This document shows, piece after piece, positions 19,389 to 35,187 of a stretch of 64,000 nucleotides of DNA (its first letter is position 1; each line of letters starts with the position of its first letter). Below the pieces are notes generated by a model. That model was not told the origin of the DNA and made no database searches. It worked only from the letters and a program-made list of their open reading frames with translations. Source of the DNA: Blastocystis sp. Blastoise (taxonomy: Eukaryota; Protista; Bigyra: Opalinata); assembly GCA_039096225.1 (NCBI GenBank), contig JBBPEB010000009.1:930001-994000 (forward strand), read 5' to 3'. A program made the position numbers and the translations under genes.

Positions 19389-20126
19389 TTATAATTTCTT
19401 TTTTGAATAAATCCTAAAATCTTTTGGTAAATCTTCTTCACAAACATATTTATCACAATACCATATTCGTTTTAATTGACAATTTGCATTAATTTGTATT
19501 CTTAATGTTTCTTGATATTGTGTTCCATAGGTTTTCCTTGTTATATCTGCTAAATCTATTTGTACATGATTCCATATAGTATCTAACTTTAAGGGCAACG
19601 TACATATCTCTTCTCGAACACGTGTTAATGACTAGATAGCATACATAATAATTTGATAATCATAAGAATAATAATAATAATATATATAGTAATATTTAAT
19701 TTGCTTTTAAAAAAAGAAAATATACTTGATAATTACAAATTCTAAATCTACGAATTAATCCCTGATCATCCTTTGTTTGAATTTCAAAAGAGAAGAATTT
19801 ATCAAACTTTGATATGAATAAGAATAATGATTAACGATAAAAAATAATGAATAAACATGAACTAATTATATATTTACAGGCTTCACAATCATACAAAAGT
19901 ATGGAAGTGTAATTCCTAATGTTTTCGTACTCCACGCAGGACATAAAATATAATTTTCTGCAATGTTTTCACCTATTATTTCCAAATAAGGAGTAGTTAA
20001 TTCATCTTCATTCTTAATCTCTAGAATTCCATCGTCTGACTTCTTTGTATCCCATATTTGAAGAGGTTTAGTTCCTGAAGAACAAAATAACGATATAATT
20101 CCTGACTGATAGGTATTCTTAAGCAT
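19389..20126 (-). CDS. CFAP20: Cilia- and flagella-associated protein 20 (BUG22/C16orf80), 3 exons
   Basis: MLKNTYQSGIISLFCSSGTKPLQIWD, LGITLPY, RRFRICNYQ, WNHVQIDLADITRKTYGTQYQETLRIQINANC. Confidence 0.93.
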
Positions 20127-20793
20127 CTTGATGACTAACTAATCAATATAAGGATAAAGATGATTTTTTAAACATTTGGCTATTTTGCGATTTGGGAGGG
20201 GGAATTTATTGTTTGGGGATGAAATTTCTCTGCTACGGGAAGGGATATTTTTTTATTTTTATATAATTGTTTATTTTTTATTTAGATCATCATTATTATG
20301 CTTTTTTACTATTCAGGAATTTGTATATTATCTTTGAAATGTAGAATAAAAATTATCTTATTACTGATTGATGAGAATCTTAGAGAATACTGATTAATTG
20401 AGTATAGTACTGTTTGTGAAGTCTAACAAGTTGTTATTTATAGAAAGGAATTGATCTTCATCATATATAGTATATAACACATTTAAATTTGTGAAATATC
20501 ATAAATTAGTTTAATCAAATGTAAAATAAAAATTGTTCAAAAGTACTTTTGATAAACGACTCTATTTCATATATGTATATATCTTATATTGATATATATA
20601 ATATTATATAATATCTTGTTATATTGAATATATAATAAATAAATTATTGTGAATAACATAAAGTATTTAAATTGTTTACATGAATATATTGTTACTTGTA
20701 TATTTATATATATATTTAAAAACAAACAAATAGATAATATATTATCTTTATTGTATTTATAGAATTATCATTTTAATTATTTTATTTATAATA

Positions 20794-22038
20794 TTAAAAT
20801 AAATTATCATCATAAACTTCTCGTCTCCATAAATATAAATACCTATATATAATAATAAAAATAATATATAATGCATAATATATATGTAGTAAATATATAT
20901 AAATACTGATCTAATTTACTAGGTACTTTATCGACTTTTGGATTATATCTACCGACACCCAGTGCGTCACGAACTGAATTGATTTCTTCTTCAACTTTAG
21001 ATTTCTATATATATATATATATATATATAGGGATGATATTATATATAGAACAATTATATATATTGTATGTAAAAAGAATAGCATGTTAATTATAGAATTA
21101 TATATATATACTTCGCTTGTATTAGAAGCCATAATTTCTACTTCCCCAATAGAATATGGATAATATTTATCCTATAGAAATGATAATACTCATACTTTTA
21201 CTTATTATAACATATATTTTAATATATATATATATATATATATATACAGATTGAATATCATAGAGTTTAATATCATCTAAATCTATTTTTGTATGATCGT
21301 TACTATTATATATAATATTAATATACATAACATAGACATTATTATATATATAAATTAATAAATTATAAAATAGAATAAATTATAAAATGAATAAACAAAT
21401 AAATAATATATATACATTTTATAAGTTGTTCTTGTTGTTTCAATATTGGCAAATAAACTTAAATTCATTTCTTTTATGAATTCTTCGACAGATGTATTTT
21501 TATTACTTTCACAGTGAAAGAAACGCTTTAATTCGATAATTACTTTATCATTACCTTCAGTCTCTCTATATATAGATCAAATAAAAGTGAAAAAGTGATC
21601 AATTATAATAAAATAAACTATAGAAATATGTCAGAGATAGGTAGAGAATAAATAAAATATAAATATTATCTTATAAATATATAGGCAATACTTGTATACA
21701 GATGACGCAACATCTTTGTTTGCAAGAAAATGTTTTGAATGAAGACCTTCTTTTGTTTCCCAATTCATCGCTCTATTCCTTAAAAATATATTTTGCTTCA
21801 ATAAAAACCATGAAGAAGTATCATAATATCTAAATAAGACTATAATAAGTATTACAAAAATAACAAAAAGCATACTTGTCTATAAAGGTTTTCGTTCCAA
21901 CAAATGTGGCATTCATAGCACGTAATTTAGGTACTAATGTTACCATTGAATATCGAAATTTTTGTTCAATCTATATAAAATAGTATTTTGATATTTTTGA
22001 GAGTGGAATACTTCTATCGCTTTTGAAGTAATACTCAT
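20794..22038 (-). CDS. THTPA: Thiamine triphosphatase-like CYTH-domain protein
   Basis: Spliced product MSITSKAIEIEQKF (ExExK motif)..DKYYDTSSWFLLKQNIFLRNR..WETK..GEVEIM..PSKLDQYL. Confidence 0.8.
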
Positions 22039-22609
22039 ACTATAGTATGTTTTAAGAAATTAATAGTTCAGAATAATTTCACGGTTTTCTGGAGAGTCTC
22101 TAGTCATTGTCGAAATGTTTTCGCGAATATCATTTTAAAATCAAAATTTGATTCATACAACGATTCCAATTAATTTAATATTATTTACTTTATTTTTTAT
22201 ATAAAAAAGTTAGTTTTGATGTTTTTATTGACATTTATTTTATTGTCCTTCAAAGTAATTGTAACATGTATTTTTTTTGTATCCAGAAATGAGTTTTATT
22301 TGTACAGTCAAGATATACATATATTATACGCATCAAATATTTATTAGTTGATTTGACTTTCACATTTAAGCCTATTTACAAACATAATTTGTTTTTTTTT
22401 TTCATATACAGAATAGTTTTATTGAATTAATACATAGATTATTATGTAAATATGAATATTTTATGTATTCCTTTATATATTATTAAATAATCAAAAGAAT
22501 GTAGTTGTATTTTTAATAACTTATAAAAAACACTATTCAAATGACTAGAATTAAAACACACATAAATATTAATTATATATATAATGATGAGCATATTTCC
22601 AAGTACTCC

Positions 22610-23825
22610 TCACCATCCATGATCACAATTACCTGAAATTGATTCTTCTTCACTTGGCATGATAGGTCGATATCTTCCGAGAATTCTATTCTCAATTGTC
22701 TTCGTTCCTTTATATTTTGGACTATAACAAATATATATTTAAAGAAATAATTATAATATATATAAAAGATTAAATGAATAGAAAAAGAAACAGAATTTTT
22801 AATATGAATAGCAGGTATTGTATAATATATATATATATATATATATAATACTTATTTAGATAATTGTCTTTAAACGTTGTTTTCTCCATAAATAATCGAT
22901 ATAACATATGAGGTTTATTTGCATAAGTAGACATTTCAACACGTCCTATACAATGAATATTCTTACAATAAACCTATATATATATGTAGGAAATTATTTA
23001 TTGACTATATATATATAATAAATAAAAAAAAAATCATTATTAAAATTTTTCTTAAGATATTTATTTATATATAAATATATACACTTCTTCCTTTATGATA
23101 GATATTATCAAAATGATGTTTATTTAAGACTGAGGGATCTGTCCAAATAGATCCATTACCGTATCTATATATATATATATTATTATTATTATTAAATTTT
23201 TAAATTATTCTATTTATAATCATATAAATATAAATAATAACATAATTAAACAAATAAATAATAAATAAAACATGGATTTACATTATAAAATAATATATAT
23301 ATACAGGAAATCATTTTCAGGGCATAATAATAGAAAACATTTTGTACATCGAAGACCTTCGTGTTGTTTCTTTTGAATAATTTCTTCATCATTCTTTTTG
23401 ACTTCTTCTTCTTTATCAAAATATTGATTCATGATTTTCTCAAATACTGGATTGTCTTCATTAGACTTTTGTTCAGGATGCTTCTTTATATATTCATCAT
23501 AGGTTTCAACACTTGATTTTAATGTAATTTGTGTATGAAAAACCTTTTCAGATTGTAATTTTTGATGAATCCGCTCACAACAATCTTTACAATAGTATTT
23601 CTTACAATCCTTGCAATGAAACACACAAGGATGAGAGCTACATTCTTGACAGATGTCAATTATTTCTTTTATTTCTGGTTCGTTTTCGTTTTCTTCTTCT
23701 TCCTTTTCTAGTAATTGCTGTTTCAATTGTCTTTGTAACTTCTTTCGATTCTTCTTATTCTGTTTTCTTTTCATCTGCCTCGTCACAGGATTCTCAGTTT
23801 CTGTGATTTCATCTGTATCTGACAT
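22610..23825 (-). CDS. B-box-like zinc finger protein with a second C-terminal Cys cluster
   Basis: CQEC..CKDCKKYYCKDCCERIH..H, then LRCTKC and YCKNIHCIG in later exons. Ends ..NCDHGW* (TGA). Confidence 0.65.
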
Positions 23826-24021
23826 TTTAAAAACAATTTATATAAAAAAATGTATTTAAAAAAAAAGTGATTCAATATTTTGTTACAGAAAAAAAAAATT
23901 AGAAATAATGATCATGTGAATACTCTTTTTAACTAAACAACGATAATATATAAACAAAAAAATGAAATACAGAAAAAAAAACATAGAACAGAAAAAAAGA
24001 TAAAAGGAAAGACACAACATT

Positions 24022-24195
24022 TTATACTAATAAAATAGCATTAATACAGCCATCAAGTTCAGGATTATTTGTAACTTGAGCATATTTACCCATATATAGA
24101 TGATATTTAAAATAATGTATTATATAAATCTAATCATATATATTAAAATAAAAGAATAATAATGAGAAAAAAATATTATTATAAATACAAATAAA

Positions 24196-24247
<52 letters not shown>

Positions 24248-25412
24248 AGACAACTTTTCCTGAAGGTGTAACAAGGCCTAGATCACTGACATTCACTTCA
24301 ATAATAGATCCCTTCGTAATCACACCTAATTCAGTAAATAATTTACTTTGAGGATTCTTCTTTACACCTAAAATATCCAAACAAAATGTTGTCTATAGAA
24401 TAATAATAGGGATAATATTATAGTATTAGTATATGGAATAATAATTATTATTATTATAATACTTAATATATAAAGTAGATTCATACATAATAATAAAAAA
24501 ATAAAATAAACAAAATAAAATAATAATAAAATAAATAATAATAATAAATAATAAAAAACTATATATACTTTCAGTTCAGGATGTGTGACATGTGCTTTCT
24601 TCATTCTTAAACCAGTAGGACGAATGAAACGTTCATATTTCGGGGGTTTACGAGTGAAGCCATCACCAACAAAAGTAACCTATTTATAAGAATAATATTA
24701 TATATATAATAAATAGAATAAATAGAATAAAGAACAATTACTTTTATATACAACATAGAATAGAAAAAAAATAATTATATGAATAATAAATAAATATATT
24801 ATTAAAAAAATTTTAAACCCAAAACATAACAAATAATAAATATATATAATAAATAATAAATATAAATAAATAATAAATAAACAACAAATAAACAACAAAT
24901 AAATACTTTTGTGATCATTCTTTTCCATTGATTTTGCTTACGTTTACCAGTGGATAAAACTCTAAACATTTCACTATCAGCAATTGGGCTGACTTTAGGA
25001 ATAGGAACAGTCCATTTACCAGCTTTTTCCTTACGTTTCTGTTTTACAGTATTACTTAAAATCTTAGCACGACTAACACCTTCACGATCAATTAAGTAAG
25101 CAGGTATAGCACCTTCAGGAGAAGCGTCTACATCAGCATGCTTATTAGTTCTCTCCTCATGCATCTTAATCGTCTTCTTCATAGAAGCCTTCTCCTTATA
25201 TCTTTCTTGATGATAAATCTTAGCCTTAATACCTCTTAACTTATGAGATGTTTCAGCTTGCTTGTGACCTTCTCTAGCTACCTTCTTTCGGGCCTTCTCA
25301 AAGTAATCTTCACGATAACCATGTCTCTTTTGAGCTAATTCAATATGTTCGTTTTGCGGCTATAATTATACATAAAATGTTAGGGATACACTTCGAATAA
25401 AGTATATACCAT
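24022..25412 (-). CDS. NSA2: Ribosome biogenesis protein NSA2
   Basis: M|[72 protein letters not shown]. Confidence 0.97.
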
Positions 25413-25679
25413 TGTTTATATATAGAGTAGTATAACAACAAAATATTATGTATTAAGAATACTCAGTACCTATTGTTATATAACAATATATTTGAATATA
25501 TATGGTGATTCGTTAAAACAAAGAAGAACTGTCCTTTTCTCTGGTTTTTACCATCAATATGGAGTAAACCACTTATTTTCCACGGGAACTGCCATTGAGA
25601 CGGCATGGTCTTGTGATTTTTTTCTTTCTATTTTTTTTATACTTTTCTCTTGTTAAGTGATCAGATTCGTTATTTATAC

Positions 25680-26210
25680 ATGGCATTATTATTAAGGTCA
25701 TTTTCTATCTTGCCTTTGCAATCATGTAAAGTCTTAACGAGATCTTTTGCTTCAAAGAAATCAGAAAAACTTGAAGCTAAGAAAGAAAAAGAAATGGCTG
25801 CTAAGAAAAGAGCTAAAATACAAATGATGCAGAAAGGAAATGATGGAAAACAAACTACTACAAAAGCAAAGAAAGAAAAAGATTCAACATCCACTACTAA
25901 AGAGATGAATAACCTTCTTCAATTTATTTTCCCTAAGGCAGAACCTGCTGCTCCATTATCTCCAGAAAAACAAGCTGAATATGCACAAATAGCTAAAACA
26001 TATAGTAGTAAATCAATGAAATTACATCATGCACAATGTCAACGTCTTCAACAAAAGATCTATTTGATGCACCAAGCTATTAATGCATTACCTACTAAAG
26101 AATTAAGAGATGCAGCTTCAAAACCAGATTACACTTTATTCCCTCCTGGTGGTTTACTTCCTTCTTGTACTCCACCTTCTTCTTCCTCTGAACAAGAATT
26201 CACTTGGTAA
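25680..26210 (+). CDS. Mitochondrial ribosomal protein mL40-like, intronless
   Basis: Presequence-like MALLLRSFS..TRSFASK. C-terminal QAINALPTKELRDAASKPDYTLFP..TPP is typical of mL40. Confidence 0.72.
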   Translation: MALLLRSFSILPLQSCKVLTRSFASKKSEKLEAKKEKEMAAKKRAKIQMMQKGNDGKQTTTKAKKEKDSTSTTKEMNNLLQFIFPKAEPAAPLSPEKQAEYAQIAKTYSSKSMKLHHAQCQRLQQKIYLMHQAINALPTKELRDAASKPDYTLFPPGGLLPSCTPPSSSSEQEFTW

Positions 26211-26693
26211 ACTATTTATATTATATTTTTATTATTTTTAATCATTATCTATTCTTTTTCTCTTTTTACAATTCTTTATATATCTATTTTTTTTAAATAA
26301 ATGTTATTTGGGAATGATATATTATTCTTCTGGTGTTGTTATTCTATCCATGATTTTTGTTATGGTGTTATTCTTTTATTAAATCTTTATGAAAAGAACA
26401 ATAAATTTTGTTTTATTATATTGGAAAAGAAATAAAATTGTTGTATCTCAACATAAATGATTATAATAGTATATTCATAAATTGATTCTTTTTTATAAAT
26501 ATGAAAAAGATAAACAAAACATAATAATACAAACGATTATATCCCAACATAGATCAAATAGAATGAAAAGTATATATATATTATATACATATGACAAAAG
26601 ACGAATAAATATGAAAAAAAAAGTTATATACAGAAAACAAATTTTTTAAACAGTCAAAAAATTAAAAAAATAATAATAATAATAAAATAAAAA

Positions 26694-28999
<2,306 letters not shown>

Positions 29000-29228
29000 T
29001 TTCGATGCTATTGACAATAAATATTTTTTATTTTTTTAATACTATTTATGGTTTTCCAGTTGAACAAGCTTTCATTTTCATATATTCTCACGAAAATTTA
29101 ACTGACAGAATTTTTCAAATCTACTCAAACAATTTTCTGATTTTTCTGAATTGTTTCCTTGAAATTCTAGAAATATTCGTGTAACTATCATAAGATACTT
29201 TTCTTAGTGTTTATTTATTGAATTCATA

Positions 29229-30094
29229 ATGCAAGAAACAAAAGAAAATCATAATCCAGATTATGTTCTTAAAAGAATAAAATACTGGGCTCATGAACAA
29301 CCCGACAAAGTAATTCATTAGAATTTGTTTTTTAAGTCTATTCTATTTTAGGTCGCTATTCGATATTGCAACGGAAGTGGTGATGTAGATGCAAGTCTAA
29401 CATACAAAGTATATATTACTTTTCATTTTCATTTTAATAAAAATAAAAGGAATTGAATGAAAGAACTTATTTTATATCTCAAAAATTGCTTGCAGAGGTT
29501 GGGTATATAATTTTCTTTATCATTTAAAAGATATTCTAATATTATTTTCTTTAGATTGAAAGAAAACGATTTTGTTATGCTTGTTTATCCACCATCAATT
29601 GATTTTATTGTTATATTTCTCAGCTGCTTGAGAGCAGGACTCATTGTTGTCCCTGTATATCCACCAGATCCTAATAGTTTAAAAAAGAATCTCTATTTAT
29701 TTGAAAGTGTACAGAAGAATTGTGGAGCTACTGTCGCTTTAACGTCATCGTAATTCATTATTATAGTTATAAAAATATTGTTTTTTATTATATATTTTTT
29801 TATTTCACTATTTGTTATTAATTCATTCATTATTTTTATTTATATATTGATTTCTATACTGTTTTACAACTAATTTAACGTTTTCTTTGATATCTATATA
29901 ATGTTATATATATATATATTATGTATATGTATATGTATAGTTTATATTACTCTGCCAAGAAGTTGTCTTCCTTGAAGAATATGTTTAGTCTTCAATCGAG
30001 TTCTAAGTGGCCAGACATGAAATGGATTGTTACAGATAACTATATGAAAACATCTCTTTCTGTTACTATTCCTGAGGGTATATATATAATATAT

Positions 30095-30129
<35 letters not shown>

Positions 30130-30327
30130 TTATATTTATTTATTTATTTATTTATAAAAAGATAAAAAGATAAAAAGATAAAAAGATAAAAAGATAAAAA
30201 TAATTATGATCTATTAATATATATATATATAGATGAATCATTTGATCATTTTTCTGGTGATAAACTGGCTTTTCTTCAGTATACTTCAGGGAGTACGTCT
30301 CTTCCTAAAGTACATATATATATATAA

Positions 30328-30364
<37 letters not shown>

Positions 30365-30474
30365 GGGTGTTATGATATCTATTAAAAGTCTTTCTGCAGA
30401 TATCACCGTGATTATTCGCGCATTAAAAGCAGATACAAGTGTTGTGGTCTGTTCTTGGCTTCCTCAAGTATTTC

Positions 30475-30506
<32 letters not shown>

Positions 30507-31420
30507 GTACCATGATATGGGTTTAATTGGATCAAATCTTGCATGCTTATATATATCCTTTATATATATATATATATCCTTTATATATATATATTTATTA
30601 TGTTTTCCTTCATTTCCGTACTGTGGCGGTTCAGGCGTTTATTTCTCTCCAATCAGCTTCATTAAGCAACCCTTACTTTGGTTGAAATTAATCTCTAAGT
30701 AAATCTATATACTTATTATTATACTTATTATTATACATATATACTTATTATTATTATATATACTTATTATTATACATATATTATTATACTTATATATATA
30801 GATATCACGCTACTCATTTACAGGCCCCTAACTTCGCATATGCTCTCGTTAATAAACGTTTATCAATCCCTCTTCAATCCATGCCGTTAGATCTATCCTC
30901 AGTGCGTCATATATTCAACGCTGCAGAACCAATCATTGAAGACACAGTACATACATTTATAAACAATTTAAAACCCTATAAATTGCCCGCGGAATCCATG
31001 GTTGGCGGTTATGGACTTGCTGAAAACTGCGTATATGTTAGTGATGGTGGTTCACATGCTTTACACGTGGAAAAAGAAGAATTAGAACTAAACGGTCATG
31101 TGAAATTATATAACGGAGATCTTCATAATCATAATAAATATAACGCATTATACAGTTGTGGTAATATATATAAAAATAAAGAAATTGAAATTATTATTGT
31201 GAATGCGGATCAAAAAACAAAAATAGAAGTATATATATAATATATATATATATATATATTCTTTAGCCTGATCACGTGGGTGAAGTGTGGATATCCGGCG
31301 AAACATGTGCTTCTGGATATTATAATCAACCGGAATTAACAGAAGAAACTTTTCATGCACATCTTAATGGTGATGATTCCCGCGATTATCTGAAGACTGG
31401 TGATCAAGGATTTATTCATG

Positions 31421-31477
<57 letters not shown>

Positions 31478-32903
31478 TATATATATATAACTAAATATAT
31501 ATATATATATAGGATGATGAGTTATATATATGTGGTCGTGTGAAGGATTTGATTATTATTCGCGGGAGAAACCATTATCCTCAAGATATAGAAATTAGTT
31601 GTTATAAAGATTCAAATATAAAACAAGGCTCAATTGCTGCTTTCTCTGTACAAACTTCTCATGACGAGGCCCTCGTCATCGTAACGGAATTAAAAGAGTA
31701 TCCGTCTCTTCCTGCGAATGAAAATGAGTATATAGAAATGATAAAGAGAATGGCCAATAATATTAATAATGATCATGGTATATTCCCCGCGGAAATCATT
31801 ATATTAAAATCGAAGACTATATCGAAGACAACAAGTGGTAAGATTACTCGAAATAAGATAAAGATGCAATATAACCACGGGGAACTCAATATTATGTATC
31901 GTTATGTATTTGAGAAAAAAGAAGAAGCGCAAGAAGATGAAATGATAAAGGAACAAGAAATAGAACCAGTGGCTGAAAATGTAGAGAAAGTGGCTGAAAA
32001 TAGTGAAGGAATATTGAATAATAATAATAATCAAGATAATAATAATAATAATAATCAAGATAATAATAATATTATAAACCCTCAAACACAAGAGGCAGAG
32101 ATGAAGCAGTTATTTAACGAGAATTATTATTTTTATACTCCTGATGGTGATAAGATTGAAAAGCCTAAGCTTCATGGAGAGGATTTAGTAACTAGTTTAT
32201 ATGCTGATTTGTGTTCTCTCACGGGAATTGAAAGCTATTATATTGATATATCCTTATTATATTATTATTATGCATATACATTATATTATTAATATAATTT
32301 CATTAATATATCTACGAAAGTCAGTCACTTCAAGCTAATGGCTTAGACTCACTGACTGTTGCTCAAGTATATATATATATATAATGATATAAACTGATAT
32401 TTATATTATTATTATAAATAATTTATATAACAATATTTATTATATTCCTTATATATATAGTACAGTGGTTATTTACAGGAATATTATGGCGCATATGTTG
32501 AAGATGAGATTATGTTTGATCCCGCCATTCCTTTTAAACAAGTTATTAGTATTATTGACGTATATACTTATATATATCTATATTTATAAATATATTTCGT
32601 CTCTATATATCTATTTATTTTGACTTCTTTTCCTATTTAAACATATTACTTATCATAAGTATATTGACTCTTTAGAAACAAGAAGATCGTGATCCTGCAA
32701 AAATAAAAAGAACAACAATATCTGAAAATCAACAAGATTCTGATGCTAATGAAGCAAATCCTAATGAGGATCAAACTGCAACATTAACTATCTCAGGACC
32801 TACGACAAGTACGGTGAATATTCAATCTCGACCTAATAGTTATATAGATGTTAAACCACCCAAAAAATCTTTCTGTGATTTAATTTGTTGTCGAGTAAAG
32901 TAA
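29229..32903 (+). CDS. Fatty acyl-AMP ligase (FAAL) fused to an acyl carrier protein, with Cys-rich C-terminus
   Basis: FLQYTSGSTSLPKGVMIS, SWLPQYHDMGLIG, QAPNFAY, NAAEPI, YGLAE, YLKTGDQGF, GRVKDLIIIRGRNHYPQDIE, KTTSGK. ACP motif NGLDSL. Ends KKSFCDLICCRVK*. Confidence 0.9.
30553..30621 (+). other. U12-type (AT-AC) intron
   Basis: 5' ATATCCTTT, branch site TTCCTTCAT, 3' GTAC. Removal gives GSNLACLY|CGGSGVYFSP. Confidence 0.85.
32248..32315 (+). other. U12-type (AT-AC) intron
   Basis: 5' ATATCCTTA, branch-like TTTCATTAAT, 3' CTAC. Removal restores the ACP frame ESYYID|ESQSLQANGLDS. Confidence 0.8.
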
Positions 32904-33323
32904 TAATTGTTTCTATTTATTGTATAAAACATACACTATTGGCGTATTCAATAAATCTAACTATCCTCTATATCTTATTCACTTACTATTTCATCATGGT
33001 CTTTTCTATTCTTCTTATTTTCTTTTCTTTAGTTGTTTTTTCTGTAGTTAATTTCTTGTTTTATTCAATTCTTATTTCATTATTGAATTGTTGTTGTTTT
33101 ATAAAAACCATTTTCATTTGTTAGCTATGAATACATAAATTTGAATACTGAAATGTATAGATTTCAATCTAATAGTCACAATCAATATTTCTAAATGAAT
33201 AATTTAACAAAGATAAATGTGAATAATAAAACAAATAAATTTTAGTCAAAAACAATTTCTTTCTCTAGCCAAAAATACATATTTTTTATTTCATTAATTA
33301 TTCATCTCTATTTATTATTTTAT

Positions 33324-34209
33324 ATGAGTGAAAACGAAATTATAAGTGATAGTAGTGATGATGAAGTTACTCTAACGCGATTTGGAAATATTTCTAGCAA
33401 TTGTATTTTATAATTATTGTTATTCATAGCTACTATTTATATCAGACTATTCCACAAATCAAGAAAAAGTTGATAAAACAAAATGTATGCTTCTATCTAA
33501 ATTCTTAGGGTATCATTCATGTTTATAGCAAGGAATAATTGCCCTGAATATACTACACTAATATCAGACGATGAGGATGATATAGAGGATATCAAAAAAT
33601 CCAAGAAAAGAAAGCGTTTCACTATTGATTCTGAATCATCTGATTCTGATTTTGTAGTTACTGTTCAAAAGCCAATACAAGTGGATTCTCAGCCTATTGA
33701 AGAGTTGATCGATATCAGTTCAAATAGTAGCTTTTATTTTGAAGACTCTAATCATTCATTTTCTACTCCTTTAACAAAAGAGAAACCCACGAAACGACAA
33801 ACACAGAACTTCACAGTTAGAACTATATCTCAAACAAAAATGACTCATTATTTTTCTCAATCATCTCAATCTGATTCTGGAATGTATTCTGATTCTTTCT
33901 TTAGTGAGTCGTCTAATCCAACGATACTTCCAACTGAAACTAAAGTCAGCCAAAGTCAGTCTCTCTCATTTGTTTCCTTATCTGATCTATATAGAGATAT
34001 AGATATTCGTATATAAATATTATTTTTTTTACATATATATATATATTTCTATATTATAGAGGAACTTTCAAATAAACCAATATTAAATATAAAGAAATTC
34101 AATAGTATATTATATATATTATTATAATAGTATATATTCTTATTTTATAGATTTATCCACAGTTTCTGAATTAAAAAATAATAATGAGAATAAGATAAAA
34201 ACAACTATT

Positions 34210-34289
<80 letters not shown>

Positions 34290-34902
34290 TCCATATTCAT
34301 TTCCACTTCCTTCTGTTTCTCAACTGTGTATCGGACCAAGAAAAGTATATATATATATATATATGATTATAAACATTCATTGATATGTATATATAGGTTA
34401 AAGAATTTAACGAATGGATAAATACGGTTATAAATCTAAAACCAGGAGAAAATCCTTCATTCCCGCGGTTATGTATTCTTAAAGGACCTAGTGGTACGGG
34501 AAAGGTATATATATTATTAAATATATATTATTATTTATATATTATTATTTATATATATTATTATTTATATATATTATATATATATAGAGGACAATGCTAC
34601 AAAGTTGCTGTCACGATTCTCATATATATATACATGAATACTCAAATAGAAAACTATATACATATAATGATAACTATATACAAGGGTATATATATTATAT
34701 ACTATTATATACTATTATATACTATTATATACTATTATATTATATTATATTATATTATATAGGAGTTCAAGTATTAATGATCTATATCGATTTCTCATTT
34801 CTTCTTCTACTTCTCTACTGGGTATATATTTATATTGAATCATAATGTATTTTTACTATCAATAAATGTATATAGAAGATCACAACCAATCAACAGATCA
34901 TA

Positions 34903-34952
<50 letters not shown>

Positions 34953-35147
34953 CTCTTCCTCTTGGATGAACTTCCCGCCACAATTCTCGCGCCATTCTCT
35001 ACATTTAATAAAGATATGTATATATTTATATATACATATATCAATATATATATTATATAGTGATGCATTTCGGTTGATTCTTTCTACTTATATTCAAAGC
35101 AAACCTCTTTTCCCCGTGGTTATTTTATGGGATACAGATGGTATGTT

Positions 35148-35187
<40 letters not shown>

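Noticed and set aside
22600-22640. TGA after NCDHGW as selenocysteine
   Set aside because: No recognisable redox motif or SECIS; treated as a stop.
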